Shown here: positions 11,478-22,100 of the stretch, in pieces
Numbering within the stretch: the stretch's first letter is position 1
How the letters are laid out: each line of letters opens with the position of its first letter
Source of the DNA: Eutreptiella sp. 'Long Island Sound 2002'
Taxonomy: Eukaryota > Protista > Euglenida
Direction of reading: 5' to 3'
DNA length: 64,000 nucleotides
NCBI GenBank assembly: GCA_964036045.1
Contig: OZ038378.1
Coordinates: forward strand, 156,984,001-157,048,000
Notes under the pieces: model-generated
Database searches by the model: none
What the model was told of the DNA's origin: nothing
What the model saw: the letters and a program-made list of their open reading frames with translations, nothing else
Translations under genes and position numbers: made by a program

Positions 11478-12563
11478 ATGGTGAAAACGGGTCGCCCGAT
11501 GGCAGCGGGCAAGGCCGAGCTCCGGGAGGCGGCGCGGATGGCAGAGCAAGAGCGGTCCTCCAAAACCTCCGGCGTGATCCCCGAGAAATTGGAACGCAGT
11601 GACGTCGCAGCTCAGTTGTTCAGTGCGGAAGATGAGGGAGGGGGTTTGCTGGAGAAGTGTGCGGTGACGTATGCACAAACCTTCCCGGTGCCGCCCAACT
11701 GCCCCTTGCACCACCATGCGTGGGCCCATGAAGCCCTTGGATTACAGGAGGGGCTGGCAAAGCTGCGGCCCTCCCTGGCGGAGGCCCTGCGGCACCTACG
11801 CCGCCCATCGCTGTGGGAGCGCGTTGCCGATGAGATGGACCCCCCCATCGAGGCTGTAGCCCTCTTGCGGATGCTCATAGGATACACGAGTGGTGAAGTG
11901 CAGGTCCTGAGTGCCGATGAGGTCCATCAGTTGCTGGCTCTGAGGCGTATCCTGGATGCACGGGGCTTTACCATGCTTGACCGCCTCATGTTGCATGCTT
12001 TTGGCAATGCTGGGGGGCCCGGGGTGTTGCGTGTTTTTGCCGATTGCGCAGCCGAGCCGGTGGCCGGCCGTGGCGGCATAGTGGACCTCATGTGCCGGGC
12101 TCTGATGGGAAACACAACGCGCGGAGGTGACGGAAACGCGTTGCAGCCGAGCCTCCGGCCCTGGGTCAGCCCGGCGGACGTGGACCTGGTGATGCACACG
12201 GCCCGTGCCCTCTTTGCTGACACACGGTCCAGCCCTGAGACTCTGATGGTGGTGTGTTTCGCCCTGAACCCCCTCGTAGAGATCCCGGCAGTGGCGGCAA
12301 GGGCTTGGGAGCTTGTCGGGGATGCCGTGCAGAATGCGGCCGCCAGCGGGGCCCTCCCCCACAGTCGACGTGACTCTGAACCCCTGCACTTCCAGGACCT
12401 CCTCCGGCAGGCGAGTGTCGGTGTGTGGAAGGCGGAGACTGGGAGGACCGATTGTGCGGACGCGAAGAGCAGCTGGGCTCTGTTCCACGCCCAGTACCGT
12501 AAGAACCCGGCGGGCTTCAGGTTGTGTGAGGAGCACCCAGAGCCGGTGCTGTACTGTAGGTAG
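11478..12563 (+). CDS. 361-aa uninterrupted ORF, hypothetical alpha-helical protein (may be a large exon that continues after 12559)
   Basis: Long GC-rich ORF with natural amino-acid composition. Pyrimidine-rich ...ttgccag acceptor ~20 nt before the ATG. The end tgtagGTAG could be either a stop or a donor. Confidence 0.65.
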   Translation: MVKTGRPMAAGKAELREAARMAEQERSSKTSGVIPEKLERSDVAAQLFSAEDEGGGLLEKCAVTYAQTFPVPPNCPLHHHAWAHEALGLQEGLAKLRPSLAEALRHLRRPSLWERVADEMDPPIEAVALLRMLIGYTSGEVQVLSADEVHQLLALRRILDARGFTMLDRLMLHAFGNAGGPGVLRVFADCAAEPVAGRGGIVDLMCRALMGNTTRGGDGNALQPSLRPWVSPADVDLVMHTARALFADTRSSPETLMVVCFALNPLVEIPAVAARAWELVGDAVQNAAASGALPHSRRDSEPLHFQDLLRQASVGVWKAETGRTDCADAKSSWALFHAQYRKNPAGFRLCEEHPEPVLYCR

Positions 12564-14961
12564 AAGAGCATAAAGCGATCGGTACCGGATTGGGCGAAGA
12601 TTCTGGACAAGGTCCGCCACTGCTTGGCCAAGGGGGAGCTAGACGCAGCAGAAACCCGTGGAATGCATTTGCTGGGCTTCATGAACATTGACACAGGGAC
12701 ACGGCATCGATGACTCCATGAGGAGGTGTGCAGTGTGGATTCGGAAGGCGAAGCCGACTGTCAACTCCGGAGGGGGGGGGGGCTATTCTGGGGTCCAATG
12801 GGCCAGTCATCTTGAAATACGGAGCCGAAGGCCCCAGGTTTCTTCGAGTCAGAAATTGTTGAAAAGGGCTTTCAAACGCATCTGCTGACGTTTCTGAATC
12901 CTCTGGTCGCAGTCCGAACTTGGGATTTGGCGCATCGAGCCCCGCTCGCGGGGCGTGCACTTGTCAATGCAGGAGCCCACACAGAGCGTTATGGGTACGA
13001 CCCCTAGAGAAGCCGGGCTCCCCGGTGGGTTTTGGTGACCATGAGAGCCGCACAGAAGAACAAAGGATGTTTGGGTGATGTGCACACATGCGATGTGAAG
13101 GGGAGTGCTGCATGGATCCTGAAAGCGTTGGACTGCCACAACCCGCCGCCGGTAGAGACACAGAATTGTGGAGCGGCTTGTGCGGGCCTTGACAATGTGT
13201 TGTGTCCCAGCCTTGACCCATTGTTGGTCCAAAAACGGCCCATTTACAAGCCATTTAGGGACTTTCCGAGGGCCAAAACGGGCCACTACGGGCTCAAAAC
13301 GGGGTAAAACCGCTTGTCTGAGCATCCCGAATGGTCCGGGATCATTTTTGGAGCAAGTCAATTTTTAAACCCTGGTGGACCCCGGTGGCCCATTTTGGCG
13401 CCCACGTGTTTGGGCGCCACCATGACATAGTACCGAACGAAACCGATATGTGACGTGCTTGCTTGTTGCGTGTTGCTTGTTGCTTGGGATTTATGGGGAG
13501 GATGGTGTAGTGATGTCTATAGACAGTGTGCACGGATCCCCCGCATTGCTGCATGTAGCTCGCTGATAGGGCCCCACTGGCATTGTGCAGGTGCAATGTT
13601 TCCAACGCTGGACCTTCATCTGGTTGGGGACTGTGAAGTGATGCTGTGTGCGGGCTCCGCTTGGAAGGGAGAAACTGCAGGCCCTGCTGATGAGTGCACA
13701 TGTCAAGAGAAAAGGGCGCTGCGCCCGCTTCGTGTGTGCAATGCCCCCCCTCCCCCTTCCCTTGTATAGTTCGGAGCAGACCTTGAGCGCCTCTCCGGTC
13801 CTTTACTACCCGTTTTGCGCACCCCGTTGGATCGTCTTCCTTAGACACACCAAACAATGCCCCCCTTCAACAACGCCCGCCTGCCTGTTGATTTGCAGTC
13901 ATCACCTACAGTCCCGCGCCGCATCGACTTCCCCTCCCCTGCCGCTGTGCGTTTCTCTTCCATCACGGCAAGTGACATTCTGAGATCACTCCATTTGGAA
14001 CCTCTGTCTGACCCAGACCAACATGCTGCGGCTTCCGGCTACTCCTCCAACAGCAACAGTGACACTGTTAGTGACGGCAGTGACATCGATTAAGCCTACC
14101 CCAGTCCGAGCACATCCTGCACGAGGGCAAGAAGCAGCACGGTTAGGCCGAAGGAGTGCATCACGCTGTGCTTTGCCCGGCCTTGGCATTTTGTGTGTCC
14201 ACACCAACACGAGATGCGCATCTGCCCTCAGTCCGTTATTTGGTTCGAGCTCTAGGTTACGATTTTGATCGGGGTGTTTCGATCACCAGCAGGTTTCTTC
14301 ACACAAATTTTGCACACCACTGCGCAGACCGCGGATGGTAAACATGTGTCTATACCTTGTTGTGCATGTGGATAGTGGTGCACCCCAACCAAGAAGGGGA
14401 CGCGTTTGAATGTACTGAACCTCTGGACTAATGGCTGAACGTGTCTCTGGCGGGGACATTCAGTCGATCATTACCGACCATTGATCCCCCTTAAATAGTT
14501 CGCCGACATACGTGACCGTTACCCCCCCCTCCTGAGGACCTGTGCGGCACAACCCGAACCTGACCTTCTGCAACACTGCAACTGCACTATTACCGTAGGG
14601 AAACTTTGCTTCGGCGTTGAAAAGATGCCCAAATGACCCCCCCCCCCTTCCACTGAAGACAGGCGCGCCTACCCGTAGCGGACACGCAGAGTTCGAGCGG
14701 AGGAGCAGAGTTCGAGCGGAGGAGAGTGCTGCAGGGAAGTGCGCAGTACCGCGGAGCAGGGGTGTGGGTGCGCCCGGCGACGCGACGGCGGCGACATCTC
14801 GATGTCGGTGAGCCCCTCCTCCCCCCGCCCTCCGCTTGAGGGGGGCTATTCACGGGGGTGGGACTATTGGGGGGGGGGGGGGGCGCAGAAGCAACTCTTA
14901 AAAACCACCTCTTGAAGGCTGGACTGGAGCAGTGTCAGGGCCTGACCAATTACAGCCCAAC

Positions 14962-15621
14962 TGTAAAAAATCCGTAGGGCACATATATCATCTGGAATGG
15001 CGCCTGCAGATCACAGGCGACGCAGAACCGTGGGTCGCAAACGCCCGGCACAGCTGAGAAGGATTTTAATAGTTTTTTTGTGCTACGGAGTGAACCAGGT
15101 GGCTTTATTCGTTTTTGTCTGCAGACAGTAATACAGTGCATTGATGCAGGAGTGAGACGACAGTTTTTAAATTGTGTCTGGACTGACAGCCGTCGCACAT
15201 TGCAGTACATGTGCGCCGCCCATCAGTAGGAGTAGCATCGTCATGAGAATGCATGTTTTGTTTGCTATTGTATCGTGTTATGTTGGACTTTCGTCATGTC
15301 ATGCAGTGCATATATGTTGGTATATTAATTCCTGTTGTATTCTCTTTGTATGATCACAGGGAGATGGATTTACGATGATTCAATATGAAGTTTTCTTACA
15401 TTCTCCCTAATTGATCGCGACAAGAAGGGGTTTATCAGAATTATTGTAAGTGGATTTCGTCGAGTCACTTCATCCACATTTCCTTGTGAAGTTGTTGTTC
15501 ATTTTGCATTGTATTGGTGTTCTACTTGCTCAGTGTGCACTCTGTTTTTCCTATTGTCTTTTGGATTTGTGAAGTCAAAGTTCTCGGAGAATTTTTGGGA
15601 TAGTTACCAAGAACGAACCTA
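14962..15621 (+). repeat. 5' LTR (660 bp)
   Basis: Starts tgtaaaaaatccg and ends gaacgaaccta. Differs from the 3' LTR by about 4 events: two substitutions, a 1-bp indel and an 8-bp tgcagaca duplication. Confidence 0.95.
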
Positions 15622-15626
15622 AATTG

Positions 15627-15639
15627 TGGTAAGCAGAGG
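15627..15639 (+). promoter_or_regulatory. Primer-binding site, tRNA-iMet-like
   Basis: tggtaagcagagg begins 5 nt after the LTR end. It resembles the iMet complement TGGTAGCAGAGG with a 1-nt insertion. Confidence 0.6.
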
Positions 15640-15652
15640 CTTGTGATTGGTC

Positions 15653-18600
15653 ATGGACACAATGAAGGATGACGACTATGTGTCTATTCGATCCATTGAG
15701 GACCTTGATGAACAACTCCTTGGAGACCTACAAGAACAATTTTCATTGAACATCAACATGATTGAATATCATAATGAACAAGGTGGTCCTTCCTCAAGGG
15801 AGAGTCATGATCATGTGGAGGAAATTAATTGTGATGATGATGAAAACCACACTCTTCAATTGGTGCTACATCAACAAGCTCACGAACAAAAACATCAACT
15901 ACAAGAGTATTCACAAGCACGTTCCAATCAACAAGAACAATTAATTCAACATCATACTCACGGACAACATCACCATCATATCGCTCTACAACAAAATCCG
16001 GTGATGGGTGAATTTCAATCACAACAACTTCCGGGCGGATGGGGTTTTCGTGCATTTGAACGTGTCCGTTTTGTAAACGAATTTGGGGAACCACAAGAAC
16101 GGATTCGTGTGGCCGAATGGGCGCCGACACACGATACGGCGTTAAACCAAGTGAGCGAGCTCACCAAGGCACTTTCTATGTTGCGCGACGATCATTATGG
16201 TCTACATCGCGCAGTTGCCAAAACCTTTCGTGAGGCCGAAACGGCTTTGGATCGACTTCGAGGACAAGTACAAGAACATGTTGACGGAGTTTATGGTGAA
16301 GGCCGAACTCTACGAGGCATTGTTGATGAACAAGGACAACGACTACATGATTTTAGTGGGCGCGTTGAGGGCTGGTGCAAGGAGAATTTTTCACACATTG
16401 ACAATCGACTAAATGCTTTGCTATCATCCATGGGTAAGAAGGAAGTACAATGCTCATTTGAGAATGAATTGTTATCTCTCAAGCAATTGTGTTTGTCGAC
16501 CAATGAGTTAGTAGATTCCATGGCCCATGAGCGTGAAGAACTAAATGGTGAAATTGGGAACCTCAAACAAGCATTAAATGCTTTTGAGGTTGAGGTTAAT
16601 CAACTCAGGTTGACCGTAGACATGATGGAAAGTGAAGTAGGTCCACTCAAAACTGCCTTCTCCAAATTCCAATTGGAAATTGCCACCAATCTTGAAAAGA
16701 TTTGTCAAAACATGGACAACCAATTGGAAAGGGACAGGGCCGAATTTCTTGACGAAGTGCACACTTTGCGACGACAGCTCTCAATGGAGAAGACCTCCCG
16801 TGAAAGTGAAAAAAAACATTTCGAGCAACAAATCTCTTCTCTTGTTGCACGCATTGAGACATTGGAGAATAAGCGTGGCGTACAACGTTCTTCTCCCATG
16901 AAAGCACCTGGTGATGGTGTTTTGATTCAAGTTGCATCTTTAGCGGCTGAGATCCAGGTGCTGAAGGTACATTTTGACAGTGTGCATCAGTCTTTGAGTG
17001 CATTGGAGGAACGTTTCCTTGCGTATGATACACAGCATGCACCCCAACTCAATCAACTATCCATAAGTTTTAAGGGACACTTGACGGAATTCAGTGAGCT
17101 CAAGTTGAGCCTGGCCAAGCTTAGGATAGATTCAGAGGCCAATGAATCCTTGTTGCAACATGTGCGTGCCAAGCAGTCTTCGGTGAGTCCTCGGGGTACA
17201 AATCCATCTCCCAAAGTACCGAGTGAGGCCATTGATAGGATTGACTTAGCTAAATTGCACAACCTATGTAGGGTTGCTAAGGATAAATCTTCCAAGGCAC
17301 AGGTTGATGTGTTGGGATGCTTACAAGATTGTGCGTCATTACGTGGTGAATTAATGGATTCCATTGAGAATCATCGATCACTCAAAGGGGAATTTGATGC
17401 ACACTTGACATCAATGCATTCTTCACGTGCGCGGCGAGAATCACAGCCATCAGGGTCAGTTACGTTTGGAGTGGATGCGAAGGGTAACCCCTTGTCACCC
17501 AATTGTGCTTACATCCCATCTAGTCCCCCAGATCTACAATATGACGAGCTTCGTGCTCAAGAAGTACAGCATGGCAAGGAGTTCGTCTCAAATGAGCGAC
17601 GAGGAGTTACCTCCAAGAGCGCTGGGACAGCTCAGGTTCACACTCCATATGCACCTCCATGGCATGCCACACAGATTCAGGATCAGGCCCAACCTTCCTT
17701 CACATACCGGGATCCAAAGCGGTCATGCCCACAAGGGGAATCTTATCACAGCCGGTCAAGTGTGGAAGTGAACAATCCAACAACGCATACCGGTTCTTCT
17801 CCTCCCCACGCTAATCCACAGGGTGATTGGCGTCATTGTAAGGGATTGGACGTTCGATTTTTCGATGATGATTTATTTTTTAATCCCTTCTCGCCATTGG
17901 ACTTTAAGGATGAGACCCAGCTACCTAAAGTGAAGCCCACAGGGATTCTTTCTTTTGGGGCAGCATTTGCTGAGGTACGACCTCGTGAGGAGGATGAGGG
18001 AACCACAGATGTTAAGGATTCATTTCATCAAGGAATTCCTGGTCCAGGTTTGTATGGCACATTGGCCACGCCGTATTTGGACCCTAAATCGCTCACAGAG
18101 ACCCAGGCATTGATGACTGTGCCACATTGGGATGGAAAAGGGGAGTCCGGTGTAGAGTGGAAGGAGTCCTATTCGGTGTGGGATAATGATGTTGGCAGGG
18201 CCCTAGGAGATGCAGTCAGGCGCCGGGTGCTGCGGGCAGCCATCCCCAAGGATCTAGCCAATAGTTTTGGGAAGCGCGTCGATCGGCGGCGTCGTGGCTA
18301 TGCAGCGCTGGAGAAGTTAGTCTTCGATGAGGTTGACAGGCGTGCAAACCCAGATGTCATATCCGACAAGTGGAAAGCACTTGAACTGCCTGCCAAACCC
18401 ACTGCACTGGATGCTGCAGGTTTTATGGACGATTGGCTCTACTATGGAAGCCAGGTTAAAGGTGGTGTAACCCATCAGGGCGCTAGGGACCAATTTCTGG
18501 ATGCACTGGGCCCACGGCAGGAGAACTTTATTTATAAGCTCTACCTTGAAGAGAGAAGAAAAGGTAAGGAGCATAACTATTTGGAGATTTTCCTGGTGCT

Positions 18601-19105
18601 TATGACAGAACTGATGGCCCGTGATGCTGCACACAATAAGCAGGACCATTGGCGCCGGCGCAATCACCAGGGTCATGGCAGGGTCCAACAAATTCAGGGT
18701 TCAGAGTCAGGGGAAGGTATTCCTGCTGCCTCACTGCCCACAGAGTTTGAGCCTGATGAGGCCCAAGTGCTTGCACTGATGGATAAAAAAAAGGACATCA
18801 CATGTCATCATTGCGGCCGCACTGGACACATGGTCAAGGATTGCTGGGTTAAACACCCTGAGCTCATTCCTAAGGGTGTAAGGGTGCCCAAAACGCTGTT
18901 GGAGAAGCTCAGGACTCCTCCTACACGTCAAGATACAGGAGGAGGACCCAACAGGTCTCCAGCGGACAGGGGTAAGCCCCCTCCCAAGAAAAGTTGCCCC
19001 CCTTGCCCTACTCCAGGTTGTGGTAAAACAAATCACAGGCCCGAAGACTGTTTTATTTCCTATCCTGAGAAGGCTGAGGAATATAAGCGCCGCTTTAAGA
19101 AGTAG
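15653..19105 (+). CDS. gag: Gag, 1150 aa, with a long N-terminal His/Gln-rich and coiled-coil region and two zinc knuckles
   Basis: ATG at 15653. CHHCGRTGHMVKDC (CCHC) and CPTPGCGKTNHRPEDC near the C-terminus. Confidence 0.92.
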   Translation: MDTMKDDDYVSIRSIEDLDEQLLGDLQEQFSLNINMIEYHNEQGGPSSRESHDHVEEINCDDDENHTLQLVLHQQAHEQKHQLQEYSQARSNQQEQLIQHHTHGQHHHHIALQQNPVMGEFQSQQLPGGWGFRAFERVRFVNEFGEPQERIRVAEWAPTHDTALNQVSELTKALSMLRDDHYGLHRAVAKTFREAETALDRLRGQVQEHVDGVYGEGRTLRGIVDEQGQRLHDFSGRVEGWCKENFSHIDNRLNALLSSMGKKEVQCSFENELLSLKQLCLSTNELVDSMAHEREELNGEIGNLKQALNAFEVEVNQLRLTVDMMESEVGPLKTAFSKFQLEIATNLEKICQNMDNQLERDRAEFLDEVHTLRRQLSMEKTSRESEKKHFEQQISSLVARIETLENKRGVQRSSPMKAPGDGVLIQVASLAAEIQVLKVHFDSVHQSLSALEERFLAYDTQHAPQLNQLSISFKGHLTEFSELKLSLAKLRIDSEANESLLQHVRAKQSSVSPRGTNPSPKVPSEAIDRIDLAKLHNLCRVAKDKSSKAQVDVLGCLQDCASLRGELMDSIENHRSLKGEFDAHLTSMHSSRARRESQPSGSVTFGVDAKGNPLSPNCAYIPSSPPDLQYDELRAQEVQHGKEFVSNERRGVTSKSAGTAQVHTPYAPPWHATQIQDQAQPSFTYRDPKRSCPQGESYHSRSSVEVNNPTTHTGSSPPHANPQGDWRHCKGLDVRFFDDDLFFNPFSPLDFKDETQLPKVKPTGILSFGAAFAEVRPREEDEGTTDVKDSFHQGIPGPGLYGTLATPYLDPKSLTETQALMTVPHWDGKGESGVEWKESYSVWDNDVGRALGDAVRRRVLRAAIPKDLANSFGKRVDRRRRGYAALEKLVFDEVDRRANPDVISDKWKALELPAKPTALDAAGFMDDWLYYGSQVKGGVTHQGARDQFLDALGPRQENFIYKLYLEERRKGKEHNYLEIFLVLMTELMARDAAHNKQDHWRRRNHQGHGRVQQIQGSESGEGIPAASLPTEFEPDEAQVLALMDKKKDITCHHCGRTGHMVKDCWVKHPELIPKGVRVPKTLLEKLRTPPTRQDTGGGPNRSPADRGKPPPKKSCPPCPTPGCGKTNHRPEDCFISYPEKAEEYKRRFKK

Positions 19106-22100
19106 AGGCGTGGACAGTGTGTTTTGGGCAGTCCACTGTCACATAGACGCCCACCCATACGGGTGGACTATGAGGCAACGTGGAAAAGTGCATATGTGCA
19201 GCATATTGAGTTACAGGGTGAGGAGATAGAGGTCCCCAGGGAACCCCGTCCTGGGATTTGTCGCAAGACGCGGCGGGGCATCATACTACAGGGCCGATAC
19301 CAGCTGGATAAGTATCCTGAGGCGGGCCCATACCTGTTGCAGTCATTGATTGACACGGGATGTGAGATTCTCGGTGTCATTGGCTGGGAGCTGATAGATA
19401 AGAAATATTGTGAGGCTGCTGATGTGCAGTTTCGTTTTTTGGGGGCAGGCAATATGGAATTGGAGGGAGGTAAGTTAGGGGTCAGGGTGACTATTTTGCT
19501 GCCTGTACACACCTGCGCAGGAGTGGTAGTGGCACGGTGTGTGAATGCATTTTTGCATCTTGCCTCTGTGGGACCCCGGGTGATCCTGGGGTACCCTTTC
19601 TTAACCCGATATGGTCTGGCATTGTTGCCTTCTCAGGGCCACTTGGCCTTTGAAGAAGAGTTGAAGTGGACTACCCATACGATGACAGAAACCCGTGGGG
19701 AAGTGACTGAGTTCAGCACCTCGACCGGCTCTGTACATCAAGGTATCCATGATATGCCAATAGCACATATACCCATACATGTGCATGATGCATTTGCTCT
19801 GGACCTTCCGGATGCTGACAACTCTGTGGATCGGAGTGCTCAGAAGGGTACTCCAGCACAACAGTCTGAGATTGTAGGGAACGTAGTGATATTCAATCCA
19901 CAGACAGAAGTGGATCTTGGCAATGTGTATGAAGTCCCCTGTGAGGATTCTATACAGACTGCAGGTTTGGCCCTGATTGGGTGGCCTCCTTTACAGTCAT
20001 CTTACACTGGGGACCAGCCCCCTTTGGGTGGGGCACAAGCCCTGCGCAACGATATGTATATCCTGGTGCAGGCCCTGGTTCTCATCAGTTATTTCTTGGC
20101 CTTTACATACAGGTCTCAGAATTACTGTCAGGTGCCCCCACAGGCATCCAGGTCAACAGACGGTTTGTCAAGAAGACAGAAGTGTCAGAATATACCAGTG
20201 ATAGGCCGTATTGAGGAGGCCCTGACCAGCCAGACCATTAGGTCGGCTGCTTGTTGCTATGTTGTAGCAGCGCTGATGCTATTACCTATTAGGATACCTG
20301 ACGTTCCACCCCAGCATACCCCCCCTGTGCATGTTGGCACGGCTAGGCCGCAGCCACCCATGGGTGATATTATAGCACATATACAGTCGGAGGTGGCCTT
20401 GCGGGAGTCGTTTGCCTGCCTTGACTCCCATGATGCTGAATTGTCTCCCCCGACACCTACGGAGGCTATGGCATGCATGATGAATGTCCAGTATTTCCTG
20501 AATAAATGGGATGCAGGTGATGAGTGTGTGACACACAACCCAATCCCTACAGTGGAAGCTGAAAGTAACCCAGGATCGGAACCATTTTCTGAGGACGAGG
20601 GATCCTTGGGTTATGAAGAGCCCCCACCTGAATTTATGGGTGGCTTTGGCTTCTGGAGGAACCATATAGGTCAACAGGTTGAAAGTGTGGACCAAATACT
20701 GACAGGGCCCACCTCACTGGAGACCAGCGGTCCCTCACCTGTGCCAGGTGTGGCTGCTGCAGCAGACATTGCCCGAGGTTTGGAGACGATCTCCAACCCG
20801 AAAGCCGATTCTGGGTCTGGAATGGACCCAGCGGACGGAATACAGCACAGATCTCAGATTCAATCTTTATTGGCAGCCAAGATTCGATCTTTACATCAGG
20901 AATGTCTATCTATGACGTCACATCATGCAGTTAGGTTGCACCATCGTCGTGCTTATAGGTTGAGGAAGGATGCCACTACAAGAGGCGTTTCCATAGCCAA
21001 AATTAAATCCCGTATGGGACTGAGATCTCATTGTTTTCGAACAGGCCAATATGTGCTGACCCCCGATTGGAGACAGTGCATTTTGAATTGGGCTGGATCT
21101 GAGTTTGTACCCACGTGTGAGCCGTGGGATGAGTCCACCCGATTGCAGTTGCATAAGGGGGATGATAAAGGGAAGAAGAGAGGATTGTATATACCGTGGG
21201 GGAATGAGACTTTGTTTCTGCATCCCCTTGTCAATGACATGCAGATGGCCATTGAGAAGGTGTACTGGGAAGGGAGTAGAGGTGTGGCAGTAGTACCAGT
21301 ACGACGCAAGGAGCCGTGGTTTTGGGCTCTGGGTGAGATAGCAGTGGACTGGTGGGACCTGCCAAGGGGTGAGTCAATATGGGTAGATCGATGGGGTGTA
21401 CAGCATACCCAGGAACACAACATTCATACACGTGTGGTGTTGTTTGATGCTCTGGGACGTCATCAGGAAGGCATGAATGCAACTGATTGGATGTCGCCAC
21501 AGGTACAGCAAAAAAAGAGCCCCAAGATAATTGTGCGGAGGCCCAAACGACCGCTGGGACAGCCCAGGAAGGTCTGGAAGGCCACTGTCGCTCAGTTGGC
21601 ACGGGATGGACAGCTCCCTTTGCCTGATTGTGATGATATGCTTGAAACTGCAATCTTTTCAGGCCCTGTGCCATTATCTGCCTCTCCCTCTCCCCTCAGT
21701 GATGTCTCAGGCATTCCTGTGCACTCTCCCTCTCCCCACAGTGATGTCTCAGGCATTCCTGTGCACTCTCCCTCTCCCCACAGTGATGTGTCAGGCATTC
21801 CTGTGCACTCACCCGCTCACATGCATGTTGACGTTACCCCTTCTGATTGTTTTCCTTCCTCTGCACTTGACAAACATTGTCTGTTCGATGACTACACAGG
21901 TCTATCAATTTTGGCTGACGAGTGTCTTCAAGACGACGCCAGACCTCCGAATACCGTGGCGACTATCGATCAGACGCCGGTATATGACAGTGCAGTTGTT
22001 TCTCCTTCCCTTCCCTCCTCAACAGTGGCTTGCAAGGGTTCGCATATGCCTTCCAGTCGACGAATTTCAGCCTGGATTGACTCAGTGACTCAGTCCACAA

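Noticed and set aside
11796-12694. Long antisense ORFs opposite 11478-12563 (likewise 28139-29605 opposite the MYND gene)
   Set aside because: Expected shadows of GC-rich coding sequence.
13888-14093. Acidic exon-like stretches (also about 3840-4040 and 44630-44920)
   Set aside because: They cannot be joined into a gene model; possibly decayed exons.
14465-14473. gatcatta resembling the 18S-ITS1 boundary
   Set aside because: No rRNA sequence on either side.
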